Positions 1 through 9,268 of a stretch of DNA of 64,000 nt are shown piece after piece. The stretch is taken from the NCBI GenBank assembly GCA_965202805.1, contig OZ241869.1, forward strand, positions 3,616,001 through 3,680,000, in the 5' to 3' direction. The notes beneath the pieces were generated by a model. That model searched no databases, was not told the DNA's origin, and saw nothing but the letters and a program-made list of their open reading frames with translations. Each line of letters starts with the position of its first letter. The first letter of the stretch is position 1. The translations under genes and the position numbers were made by a program. Origin of the DNA: Longimicrobiales bacterium (GTDB taxonomy: Bacteria; Gemmatimonadota; Gemmatimonadetes; Longimicrobiales; Gaopeijiaceae).

Positions 1-2292
1 GTCGATGATGCCCGCTCGCTCGCTCCGCACCTCACGATCGAAGTTGGGCTCTGCGACCGCCGCCACCACATTCGGCAAGCTGAAGAGGTTGGCGATTGCC
101 ACGAAGGGGGTAACCGAGCCGCCTCCGAACCAGGAGACATCGCTCCTGTGTCGCCAGCCAACATCGAGCCGCAGGTAGAGAGGGAGTCTCGCGGAGTTGT
201 ATTCTCCTCCGAAGGCTACCATATCACGGAACACTGGATACTGTTCGAGATTCTCTGGCGAGTTGTAGTTCACGTAGGGTGCCACCGCCAGCATCCGCGT
301 GGTCGGCTGTCCCGATCGCGCCGACACGCGACCGGACCATGAAGACCCGCCCTTCGTGACCGCTACACCAAACTCGAATTCGTGATCTCGGTGAACGCGG
401 GGCGTGTAGGTCTCGTCACCCACCGTGCGCGAAGCCCTGCTCCAGCGGTAGCTCCCGAGGGTCGCAACCGATCCCTGGGCCCAGCTCCAGGAAGCCTCTA
501 TGCCCCGCGCTGCCCCGCTGGCCACCTCGCGGCGTCCCGGATCGCCCAGTGTTGTCGCCCCGAGTGGATTGGTTCCAAGCTTGGGTACGCGAATGTTCTC
601 CAGCTCTCGCACGTATCCATCCAGGCGCAGGCTGAAGAATCCACGCACCGCTTCCCACCCGACCGAGATTTCGGTGTTGCGCGGGACAGGTCCTTCGACG
701 ACGGGGGCCAGAAGGTCGTAGGCCAGGAAGCTTGCCCCGACTGTCTCTTCGTCGCGCATGGATGACAACGTCTGGTGTGATCTGGCCGCGAGGATGCGTG
801 CCCGCCACCACGAGCCCGAGTAGCCGAGTTCGGCAAAGGGCGCCAAGGTGGTTCCCAGCCGCGCGAAATGGTCCAGCCGCAACCCTGCTCGCGAAGACAA
901 TCGTGGACCTAAGCCGACATCCACACTGGAATAGGCTGCAAGGCGCCACTGGGTCGCCTGCACGTGCAGAGACGACAGTATGATCTGCTGCAGATGTCTG
1001 TGCTTATCGTCCACCGCATAACTGTGGTCGGCGCTGAACCCCGTGGCCTGAACGCCCACCGTCGCGGTCGCATGGTCCGTGTATCGGGTCACACGCACGT
1101 CAGCTCGGTGTTCACTCATGAATCCGTTGCCGAGGATTACCGTGTCTTCGGGCGGCTCATAGGTCCCACGGAGCCCGGCGGCCAGCCTCCGGCCGCCCCC
1201 GAGCCCATGGATGTTGCTGGAAAAGCGGCTGTGCCCGACTGTCGCGTCAACCAGGGTTACCGGGCCGAGCCGTTGCCGGTAGTGGGCGGCTACGGCGGCG
1301 TTGCCCCAACCAAGTTTGGCAGTCTCGTTGTATTCTTCGTCGAGGTTGTCGAATGCCTCCGAGTTGATGTAGCCAGTGACCGAGAGGCGGCGAACGCCAC
1401 CGAAATCCCTCGTGACCTTTGCGTGCAGGTCATCGAACGCGTACGGGATCACTGCTTCCGTCGCGCCCATCCCCCTAAGGCCCGAGAAGATGAGATCGAT
1501 GTAGGTTCGGCGACCGTCGACAATGAAAGATGTGCTCTCACCGATCGGGCCCTCCACTGCTAGCCGTGATGAGGCGAGACCCAGCGAGCCCGTCACGCGC
1601 CGCCGGTCCCGGGCGCCGTCACGGGTCTGGATTTCGATGGCCCCCGACAACGACCCGAAAGGCTGTGCGCCTTCCGCGGAACTGGTCAGGAGAGTCACCC
1701 GTTCCACGGCCTCTGCGTTCACAGCCGACAGGAAGCCCCCAAGGTGGTGGGGACTGAACAAGCGCACCCCGTCGAGCATAACGGGCGTTTCGACGCTGGT
1801 CCCGCCCCGGATGTACGGAATTGCGGTCCAGTCCGACGGGGCCGAGGCAGATGGCGACATGGCGACCGCCCGCAGTGCGTCGGTCTCGAGTATCGTGGGG
1901 ATCATCCGCATCACTGCGGTATCGACGACAAAAGCGTCCCTGGACCGCGAGATCGGGTTGCCCACCTGCCCGCGAACGTTGACGACGATTGAGTCAATCG
2001 CGATCGGGTCAGGCCTCAACAACACGCGCAACTCCTCGCGCGGGAGTTCGGAGTAGGACTGAACCCACGTCGCATAGCCGTAGGCATCGACTTCCACGCG
2101 AACCGGCCCCGCCTGCACATTCGCCACGACAAACGCACCGAAGCGGTCCGAATCTGCCGACGCCGTCGGCCCGTCTGCGACCGAGATGGTGATACGCGCG
2201 AACCCTACGGGCTCAAGATCGACGCTGTCGCGCACAACGCCGGATAGGGGCGCCTGCTGAATGAGGGCGAGCAGCAGCGCCGCCGTAGTCAT
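1..2292 (-). CDS. TonB-dependent outer-membrane receptor (N-terminal carboxypeptidase-regulatory-like domain + plug); 3' end runs off the window
   Basis: Translated by hand from ATG 2292: MTTAALLLALIQQAPLSGVVRDSVDLEPVGFARI...YIRGGTSVETPVMLDGVRLFSPHHLGGFLSAVNAEAVERVTL..., a typical TBDR plug. Missing from the ORF track, consistent with no stop before the window edge. Confidence 0.85.
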   Translation of the reverse strand, partial: MTTAALLLALIQQAPLSGVVRDSVDLEPVGFARITISVADGPTASADSDRFGAFVVANVQAGPVRVEVDAYGYATWVQSYSELPREELRVLLRPDPIAIDSIVVNVRGQVGNPISRSRDAFVVDTAVMRMIPTILETDALRAVAMSPSASAPSDWTAIPYIRGGTSVETPVMLDGVRLFSPHHLGGFLSAVNAEAVERVTLLTSSAEGAQPFGSLSGAIEIQTRDGARDRRRVTGSLGLASSRLAVEGPIGESTSFIVDGRRTYIDLIFSGLRGMGATEAVIPYAFDDLHAKVTRDFGGVRRLSVTGYINSEAFDNLDEEYNETAKLGWGNAAVAAHYRQRLGPVTLVDATVGHSRFSSNIHGLGGGRRLAAGLRGTYEPPEDTVILGNGFMSEHRADVRVTRYTDHATATVGVQATGFSADHSYAVDDKHRHLQQIILSSLHVQATQWRLAAYSSVDVGLGPRLSSRAGLRLDHFARLGTTLAPFAELGYSGSWWRARILAARSHQTLSSMRDEETVGASFLAYDLLAPVVEGPVPRNTEISVGWEAVRGFFSLRLDGYVRELENIRVPKLGTNPLGATTLGDPGRREVASGAARGIEASWSWAQGSVATLGSYRWSRASRTVGDETYTPRVHRDHEFEFGVAVTKGGSSWSGRVSARSGQPTTRMLAVAPYVNYNSPENLEQYPVFRDMVAFGGEYNSARLPLYLRLDVGWRHRSDVSWFGGGSVTPFVAIANLFSLPNVVAAVAEPNFDREVRSERAGIID

Positions 2293-2512
2293 GAACCTAC
2301 GGAGGATCCGATAGTGGCCCGGCTTCGGTCTGTCATGACTCCGTCAAAGACCCCGGGTTTCTGCAGGTGCGTGACGCCGCAGACAGAGATCCCTGTCGCG
2401 ACTAGGCCAAACGGGTACGCGCGCGTTTCACGACAAGTGTCGCGCAGAACGATCCTATCCAACAAGTCCTTCATCCGGTTGGACCCCGTGGTGCCTGAGT
2501 GCGACGCCGGGA

Positions 2513-3907
2513 TCAGTACAGGAGATACCGTTCCCGCACCCGCAGGAACCCGTTCAGGTCCGGCTGCCATGCGGCGCGTATCTCCTCCAGGGACGCTCCC
2601 GCCTCGACGGCCAGGCGCAGGCGGTCGGTGCCCGCGAGGCGGTCGAAGGCGGCTTCGCGCCATTCCCACCGGTCGCCGGAAAGCGCGACCGCTTCGATAA
2701 TCGCAGCCACCGCGGCCTCGGTCGGGTCGTAGCCCGCGTCGGTGGCGACCAGCCGCACGCCTCCCACCTCGACTCCGCCGTGCTTGCCGTCGCCGGGGTT
2801 ATCCGGCACGAAGCGAACCGCCTCGAAGCGCACTCCGGCGATGCCGTAGCCGTTCAGGTTCGCGGCCAGAGCCTCCCCGTCCAGCCACGGCGCCCCGATC
2901 TGCTGAAACGCGACGGGCGTGCCGCGGCCCACGGACAGGTTGGTCCCCTCGAACAGGCAGGTGCCCGGATAGTGGCGGGCGCTCTCCACCGAAGGCATGT
3001 TCGGGGAGGGAGCCACCCACGGCAGCCCGGTGTCGCCGAACCCGTCGCCCCGGCTCCATCCCGAGAGCGGCGCCACGCCCAGCTCCACGTCCACCCCGAA
3101 CTCGCCTTGGAAGAGTCGCGCCAGCTCGCCGGGGGTCATCCCGTGCCGCATGGGGATCGGGTACATCCCCACGAAGGAGGCGAACGCGGGATCCAGCACG
3201 TTGCCCTGTACTTCGACGCCCCCGATCGGGTTGGGCCGGTCCAGCACCACGAGGGTGATCCCGGCCTCTCCGGCCGCTTCCATCGCCAGCGCCATGGTAT
3301 AGACGTAGGTGTAGTAGCGCGCGCCGATGTCCTGAATGTCGAAGAGGAGCACCTCGACCCCTTCCAGCATCTCCGGCGTCGGCTTGCGCGTCGCCCCGTA
3401 GAGCGAGTGGATCGGCAGCCCGGTGCGCGGGTCCACCCCGCTGTCGACGAGTTCCCCGGCTTCGGCCTGGCCCCGGATGCCGTGCTCCGGAGAATAGAGC
3501 GCGACCAGCTCCAGGCGCGTGTCCCGGTGCAGGAGGTCGATGGTGGAGACGCCCTCGCGGTCGATGCCCGTGTGGTTGGTGACCAGCCCGGCGCGGCGGC
3601 CTGCCACCAGGTGGATCGAGTCCGCGAGCAGAACCTCGACGCCGGGAAGGGTTTCAGCGGCCACCTGCTCGGCGATGCCGGGGCGGGTTTCGGCGGCCGC
3701 TTGGACGTCGACGCTGGGAAGGGGATCAGCGGTCGCCTGCTCGGTAATGCCGGGACCGGGTTCACCGGCTGCCTGCGCGGCAACGCCGGAAGCGTCCGCG
3801 CCCGGCTCGCGCCAGCCCCGCGCGACCAGATTGGCCGCGAGGAGGACCGCCCCCACGGCGATCAGGCCGGCACCGACCCGCGATTGTCGGAATCCTCCGG
3901 AAACCAT
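2513..3907 (-). CDS. namZ: Exo-beta-N-acetylmuramidase NamZ family (DUF1343/YbbC), exported
   Basis: Motifs GLVTNHTG, LYSPEHGIRG, FDIQDIGARYYTY, DRPNPIGG, RHGMTPGELA, WVAPSPNMP, SVGRGT. Start taken at ATG 3907, ahead of a hydrophobic signal; the ORF-track extension to 4516 is antisense to the GH3 gene. Confidence 0.9.
   Translation of the reverse strand: MVSGGFRQSRVGAGLIAVGAVLLAANLVARGWREPGADASGVAAQAAGEPGPGITEQATADPLPSVDVQAAAETRPGIAEQVAAETLPGVEVLLADSIHLVAGRRAGLVTNHTGIDREGVSTIDLLHRDTRLELVALYSPEHGIRGQAEAGELVDSGVDPRTGLPIHSLYGATRKPTPEMLEGVEVLLFDIQDIGARYYTYVYTMALAMEAAGEAGITLVVLDRPNPIGGVEVQGNVLDPAFASFVGMYPIPMRHGMTPGELARLFQGEFGVDVELGVAPLSGWSRGDGFGDTGLPWVAPSPNMPSVESARHYPGTCLFEGTNLSVGRGTPVAFQQIGAPWLDGEALAANLNGYGIAGVRFEAVRFVPDNPGDGKHGGVEVGGVRLVATDAGYDPTEAAVAAIIEAVALSGDRWEWREAAFDRLAGTDRLRLAVEAGASLEEIRAAWQPDLNGFLRVRERYLLY
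3633..3775 (-). repeat. Four degenerate 36-bp (12-aa) tandem repeats in the NamZ N-terminal linker
   Basis: QAAGEPGPGITE / QATADPLPSVDV / QAAAETRPGIAE / QVAAETLPGVEV. Confidence 0.7.
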
Positions 3908-3939
3908 TACCTTGCGCCAGTCCTCGATTCCAGCAGTCC

Positions 3940-6024
3940 ATGAATTGGTCGGCGGGCTGTCAACTTCGTCCGGGGGGAAGAAGTCGTCAACCGGTGCTTG
4001 CGCTGAATAGTCGGGCGACGTCCGGTTCCAGCCGCGCGGCGCCCCTTCGCACGGCGGGTCTCGCCTCCCTCCTGGCGCTCGTTCCGATCGTTGTCTCCTG
4101 CGGCACCGCGCGGTCCGGCAGCCCCTCGCCCGAGCCGCCCGCGGCGACGCAGCGCCCGGCCCCGGAAACACCCCCTCCGGCCGGCCGCACGGCACCCCCT
4201 CAGGCCGATCGAGCGGCTCAGCCCTCCTCTTCCGCAGGGTCCGCGGCCGAGACTCCGACCGTTGCCCCCTCGCGCGCAGACGCGGCCCGAGCCGCCGGCG
4301 AAGCATCGACCCCCGACCCTCCGGCCGCCGAACCATCCGGCGCCTGGGCGTCCTCCGTCCTGGAGGCGATGACCCTCGAGGAGAAGGCTGGTCAGTTGCT
4401 GATGCCCTGGATGCTCGGCGACTTCGCGCCCGCGGGCTCCGAGGACTTCGAGCGCATGGCCGAGGCGGTGCGCGACGACGGGGTCGGCGGCGTGATCGTG
4501 TCGGTCGGCTCTCCATCGGAGGTGGCCGCCAAGATCAACAACCTGCAGTCGCTGGCGAAATACCCGCTGCTGGTCGGGTCGGACCTGGAGAGCGGGGCCG
4601 GCTACCGCATGCGCGGGGCGGTCTACCTGCCCAACAACATCGAGCTGGGCGGCGCCACCCTGTTCCCGTCGCTGATGGCGGTGGGCGCCACGGGCGACGA
4701 CAGCCTGGCCTGGGAGGTGGGCCGCGTCACCGCCGTGGAGGCGCGCGCGGTGGGCGTCCATCTCCCGTTCGCGCCGGTGCTTGACGTGAACAACAACCCG
4801 GACAACCCGGTCATCGCCACCCGCTCCTTCGGCGAGGACCCCGCCGCGGTGGCCCGCCTCGGCGCCGCCTTCGTGCGCGGGCTTCAGGAGCACGGCGCGG
4901 TCGCGACCGGCAAGCACTTCCCGGGTCACGGCGACACCGGAGTGGATTCCCACGTGGCTCTGCCCGTGATCCGCGTGGACCGCGAGCGCCTGGACCGGGT
5001 CGAGCTGCGTCCCTTCCGCGCGGCGGTCGATGCCGGCATGGGCGCCGTCATGAGCGCGCACGTGTCCATCCCCTCCGTGACCGGCTCCGCCTCGATGCCC
5101 GCCACCCTCTCCCCGGCGGTCCTCTCCGACCTGCTGCGCGGAGAGATGGGATTCGATGGCCTGATCGTGACCGACGCCATGAACATGGCCGCGATCACGC
5201 GCCGATTCGGGGCCCGCGACGCGGTCGTGCGCGCGCTCGAGGCCGGCGCCGACATCATCCTCATGCCCGAAAACCCCCGCAGAGCGCGCGAGAGCCTGGT
5301 GGCCGCGGTCCGCTCCGGCCGCGTCAGCGAAGCGCGCCTGGACCGGTCGGTGGCCCGCATCCTCGACTTGAAGGAACGCATGGGGCTGGACCGCGAGCGC
5401 TACACCGACATCTCCCGGATCCACCGCAAGGTCGGCATCCCCGAGCATGTGGACCGCGCCACGGAGGTCGCAGAGGCGTCGATCACCCTCCTGCGCAACC
5501 GCCGCAACCTGCTCTCGCTGCGCGGAACCCGCACCGCCAACGTCCTTTCCGTCACCTACCGCAGCCGCAGCAACCTGCTTGCCGGACGCTACTTTAATAC
5601 TCGCGTGCGCGAGACCTACCGGCGGCTGCGCACCGAAGACGTGCACGGGGACACCGACGACCGCGAGTACGAGCGCCTGCTCGCGCGCGCCGCCCGCTCG
5701 GACCTGGTCATCGTGTCCGCGTACATACTCGCGGCCCGCACCGACGGCCAGCCGAACGTGCCCGAGCCATTCTCCGACTTCGTGCAGGCGCTGGCGGACC
5801 GGGGCGTGCCGCACGTCGTCATCTCCTTCGGCAACCCGTATCTGCTCTCCGACCTTCCCGAAGCCCAGGCGTACATGCTGGCCTGGAGCGCAGCGGAGGT
5901 CAGCCAGATCGCCGCGGCGCGAGCACTCTTCGGCGAAATCCCCATCCGCGGGCGCACACCCACCCGCCTGCCCCCCTTCTTCGATATCGGAGACGGGATC
6001 CAGCTGCCCCAGAGAAGGAGGTAG
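3940..6024 (+). CDS. nagZ: GH3 beta-N-acetylglucosaminidase (NagZ-type, two-domain), probable lipoprotein; start uncertain
   Basis: KHFPGHGDTGVDSH NagZ signature, FAPVLDVNNNPDNPVI, GLIVTDAM nucleophile region, lipobox-like IVVSC, Pro/Ala linker. Confidence 0.88.
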   Translation: MNWSAGCQLRPGGRSRQPVLALNSRATSGSSRAAPLRTAGLASLLALVPIVVSCGTARSGSPSPEPPAATQRPAPETPPPAGRTAPPQADRAAQPSSSAGSAAETPTVAPSRADAARAAGEASTPDPPAAEPSGAWASSVLEAMTLEEKAGQLLMPWMLGDFAPAGSEDFERMAEAVRDDGVGGVIVSVGSPSEVAAKINNLQSLAKYPLLVGSDLESGAGYRMRGAVYLPNNIELGGATLFPSLMAVGATGDDSLAWEVGRVTAVEARAVGVHLPFAPVLDVNNNPDNPVIATRSFGEDPAAVARLGAAFVRGLQEHGAVATGKHFPGHGDTGVDSHVALPVIRVDRERLDRVELRPFRAAVDAGMGAVMSAHVSIPSVTGSASMPATLSPAVLSDLLRGEMGFDGLIVTDAMNMAAITRRFGARDAVVRALEAGADIILMPENPRRARESLVAAVRSGRVSEARLDRSVARILDLKERMGLDRERYTDISRIHRKVGIPEHVDRATEVAEASITLLRNRRNLLSLRGTRTANVLSVTYRSRSNLLAGRYFNTRVRETYRRLRTEDVHGDTDDREYERLLARAARSDLVIVSAYILAARTDGQPNVPEPFSDFVQALADRGVPHVVISFGNPYLLSDLPEAQAYMLAWSAAEVSQIAAARALFGEIPIRGRTPTRLPPFFDIGDGIQLPQRRR

Positions 6025-6030
6025 CGCGAC

Positions 6031-9000
6031 GTGAGACACGCCAAGCGGGCCGGAATGGCCGTCCGGTGGCCGGCGCCGGCGTTGTCGGTCCTCCTGCTCG
6101 CCGCCTCGGGAGCCTGCGATAGCGCCGCTCCGGGTTCCGGCGGAGCCGAAGGGTCCTTCGAGGCGGCGTATTACGATGAGCTCGATGCCCGGGCGAGTAC
6201 ATGGGTGGATGAGACGCTCGCTTCGCTGTCCCTGCGCGAGCGCATCGCGCAACTCGTGGTTCCCTGGATCCCCGGCGCCTACGCCTCGTCGAGCGACGCC
6301 AGCTTCCGCACGCTGGAGCGATGGGTGGCGGAGGAGGGCATCGGAGGCGTCGTCATCTCGATCGGCTCGCCCCACTCCTACGCCTCGCTCCTGAACCGCC
6401 TCCAGAACGCGGCCCGCGTCCCGCTGCTGGTGACCGCGGACTTCGAGAACGGGGGGCCGGGGATGCGGGTCAACCACTCCTACGCCCTTCCCACGCTGCT
6501 CCCGCAGGGCGGAGGCACCAGCTTTCCGCCCACGATGGCCTTCGGCGCCATCGGCGACCCGGCGTTCGCGTACGAGTACGGGCGCATCACGGCGGTGGAG
6601 GCGCGGGCGCTCGGCGTCCACCTGAACTTCGCCCCGGTCCTCGACGTCAATTCCAATCCCGAGAACCCCATCATCAACACCCGAGCCTTCGGCGAGGACC
6701 CGGAGGCGGTGGCGGAGCTCGGAGCGGCGTACATCGAGGGTGCGCGCGCCGGGGGCGTGCTCACCACCGCCAAGCACTTTCCGGGTCACGGCGACACCCG
6801 CACCGACTCGCACATCGAGCTTCCGGTGGTGACCGCGGACAAGGGCCGCCTTGAGGCGATGGAGCTGGTGCCGTTCCGGCGTGCCGTGTCCGCCGGCGTG
6901 GACGCGGTGATGACCGCCCACGTCGCGGTGCCCGCCATCCTGGGCGACGACGTTCCGGCGACGCTCTCGCCCTACTTCCTGACCGAACTCCTGCGCGAGG
7001 ACATGGCGTTCGACGGCCTGGTCTTCACCGATGCCCTGCGGATGGGCGCCATCTCGCGCGGATACGGCGCCGGAGAGGCGGCGGTGCTGGCGCTGGAAGC
7101 GGGCTCCGACGTGCTCCTCGCACCCGAGGATGTGGGCGAGGCCATCGACGCGGTGGAGGTCGCGGTGCGCACGGGCCGGATGGCGCGCCAACGCATCGAC
7201 CGCTCGGTTCGCCTGCTGCTGGCCGCCAAGGCGCGCGTGGGACTCCACGAGCGCCGCACCGTCGACATGGCGGCCGTCGCCGACGTGGCGGGTTCGGCCC
7301 GGCACCTGACCTTCGCCGACCTCGCCGCCGAGCGTTCGGTCACCCTGGTGCGCGACCGCGACGGCCTGGTGCCGCTCCCCGCGGGATCCCGCGGCCGGGT
7401 GGTGAGCGTCACCTGGGCCCGCGACCAGAACCTGGTCGCCGGACGCGAGTTCGACCGGGTGGCCGCGCACTTCGCGGACAGCTTCCGGAGCCTGCGCCTC
7501 GACGAGGGATCGGATCCGGCGGCGTACCAGGCGGTCCAGACGGCCGCGCGCGATGCGGACGTGGTGCTCCTGAACGTGTACGTGCCCCCGTTCGCAGGGG
7601 CGGGCTCGGTGGCGGTCCCGGATGCGCTGCGCGACATGGTGCGCGAGCTCTCCGCGCGCGGCGCGCTGGTGGTCTCTTCCTTCGGCAACCCCTACTCGCT
7701 GAGCGCCTTCGAGGACCTGGGCAGCTACCTCATCGCCTGGGGCAGCCACGAGGTCTCGCAGCGCGCCGGCGCCTTCGCGCTCATGGGGGCGGCGGAGATC
7801 TCCGGGACGCTTCCCATCAGCATTCCTCCCGATCACGCGGCGGGCGACGGGCTCCGCCGGGAGGCGCTGCCCGAACCGGCGGCGGTCCGCGAGGCCGTGA
7901 TGGCCGTGCCCTCGTGGGTCGTGCAGCCGCTCGAGTTCGTGACCGCAGCGCGCGCCGCGGATGACGGCCAGGAAGCGCAAGGGCAGATCTCCCCGCTGGA
8001 AGGCGATGCCGCCGCCGCGGGGATGTCGGAAGCCGTCCTGCAGGCGCTCGACCGCCGCATCCTCGAGGCCATCGCCGACTCGGCCAGCCCGGGCGCCGCG
8101 CTTGCGGTGGTGCGCCACGGCCAACTGGTGCGCCTGCGCGGCTACGGCCGCCTGGACTGGGACCCCGACTCCGTCCCCGCCACCCCGTCCTCCATCTACG
8201 ACATGGCCTCGGTCACCAAGGTGATGGCCACCACCACGGCCGCGATGATCCTGGTCGACGAGGGCCGCCTCGACCTGGACGCTCCCGTGGTCCGTTACCT
8301 CCCGTGGTGGTCGGCGGGCGACCCGCGCAAGGAGGCGGTCACCGTGCGCCAGTTGCTGCTGCACCGGGGCGGGCTGCCTCCCTTCCGCCGCTTCTTCCTG
8401 GAGATGGAGGGCGTAGAGGCCTACCAGCAGGCCATCGCCGCTCTGCCTCTCGACTACGCGCCCGGCGACAGCACCGTGTATTCCGACATCGGCATGATGA
8501 CGGTGGCGTGGGCGATCGAGGAGATCACCGGCGAACCCCTGGACCTCTTCCTGGGCGCGCGCGTCTGGGACCCGCTCGGGATGCAGGACACCGGCTTCCG
8601 GCCCGACTCGGCGCTGCACGGGCGTGTGGCCCCCACCGAAATCGACGCCGACTACCGGGGCGTCCACGTGCGCGGCGTGGTCCACGACGAGAACGCCTGG
8701 GCGGTGGGGGGCGTGGCCGGCCACGCCGGCCTCTTCTCCTCCGCGCGCGACATCGCCGTCTTCGCCGCCATGATGCTGGACGGAGGCCGCGCCGGCCCCT
8801 GCGACGGAACGTCGGCCACGCCCTGCAGCGCGTTCCGGCCCGGGACGGTGCGCGTCGTCGAGCCTTCCACGGTGGACGGCTTCACCGCCCGCCACGACGC
8901 CGGCGCCAGCCGCGCCACCGGCTGGGACACGCCATCCGGCAACTCGTCGGCGGGCCGCTTCTTCACCGGGCGCGCCTTCGGCCACACCGGCTTCACCGGG

Positions 9001-9168
9001 CCGTCGGTGTGGATCGACCCCGAACTCGACCTGGCCGTAGTGTTGCTCCTCAACCGGGTCAACCCCACCCGCGAGAACACCCGGCACGTCCCGCTGCGGC
9101 GGGATATCCACGACCTCGCCGCCCAGGCCGTAACCGACCTCGAAATCGAGCCCCGGCCGCCGTCGTGA
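6031..9168 (+). CDS. GH3 beta-N-acetylglucosaminidase fused to a C-terminal serine hydrolase/beta-lactamase-like (AmiE-like) domain; probable lipoprotein
   Basis: KHFPGHGDTRTDSH in the N-half; SxxK (ASVTK), LLLHRGGL, YSD, GHAGLFS and FGHTGFTG in the C-half; lipobox LLLAASGAC. Confidence 0.9.
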   Translation: MRHAKRAGMAVRWPAPALSVLLLAASGACDSAAPGSGGAEGSFEAAYYDELDARASTWVDETLASLSLRERIAQLVVPWIPGAYASSSDASFRTLERWVAEEGIGGVVISIGSPHSYASLLNRLQNAARVPLLVTADFENGGPGMRVNHSYALPTLLPQGGGTSFPPTMAFGAIGDPAFAYEYGRITAVEARALGVHLNFAPVLDVNSNPENPIINTRAFGEDPEAVAELGAAYIEGARAGGVLTTAKHFPGHGDTRTDSHIELPVVTADKGRLEAMELVPFRRAVSAGVDAVMTAHVAVPAILGDDVPATLSPYFLTELLREDMAFDGLVFTDALRMGAISRGYGAGEAAVLALEAGSDVLLAPEDVGEAIDAVEVAVRTGRMARQRIDRSVRLLLAAKARVGLHERRTVDMAAVADVAGSARHLTFADLAAERSVTLVRDRDGLVPLPAGSRGRVVSVTWARDQNLVAGREFDRVAAHFADSFRSLRLDEGSDPAAYQAVQTAARDADVVLLNVYVPPFAGAGSVAVPDALRDMVRELSARGALVVSSFGNPYSLSAFEDLGSYLIAWGSHEVSQRAGAFALMGAAEISGTLPISIPPDHAAGDGLRREALPEPAAVREAVMAVPSWVVQPLEFVTAARAADDGQEAQGQISPLEGDAAAAGMSEAVLQALDRRILEAIADSASPGAALAVVRHGQLVRLRGYGRLDWDPDSVPATPSSIYDMASVTKVMATTTAAMILVDEGRLDLDAPVVRYLPWWSAGDPRKEAVTVRQLLLHRGGLPPFRRFFLEMEGVEAYQQAIAALPLDYAPGDSTVYSDIGMMTVAWAIEEITGEPLDLFLGARVWDPLGMQDTGFRPDSALHGRVAPTEIDADYRGVHVRGVVHDENAWAVGGVAGHAGLFSSARDIAVFAAMMLDGGRAGPCDGTSATPCSAFRPGTVRVVEPSTVDGFTARHDAGASRATGWDTPSGNSSAGRFFTGRAFGHTGFTGPSVWIDPELDLAVVLLLNRVNPTRENTRHVPLRRDIHDLAAQAVTDLEIEPRPPS

Positions 9169-9268
9169 TCCTCCGCGACGGGCCCGTTGTCGGCCCCTTG
9201 TGCATGGCGGCCTCGCCAGCCTGGATCGGGCACCCGCGCGCACATCGCACCCGTGGCGCAACCGGCGC

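Noticed and set aside
3908..4516. N-terminal extension of the namZ ORF
   Set aside because: Low-complexity Arg/Pro translation overlapping nagZ on the other strand; ATG 3907 precedes a proper signal segment.
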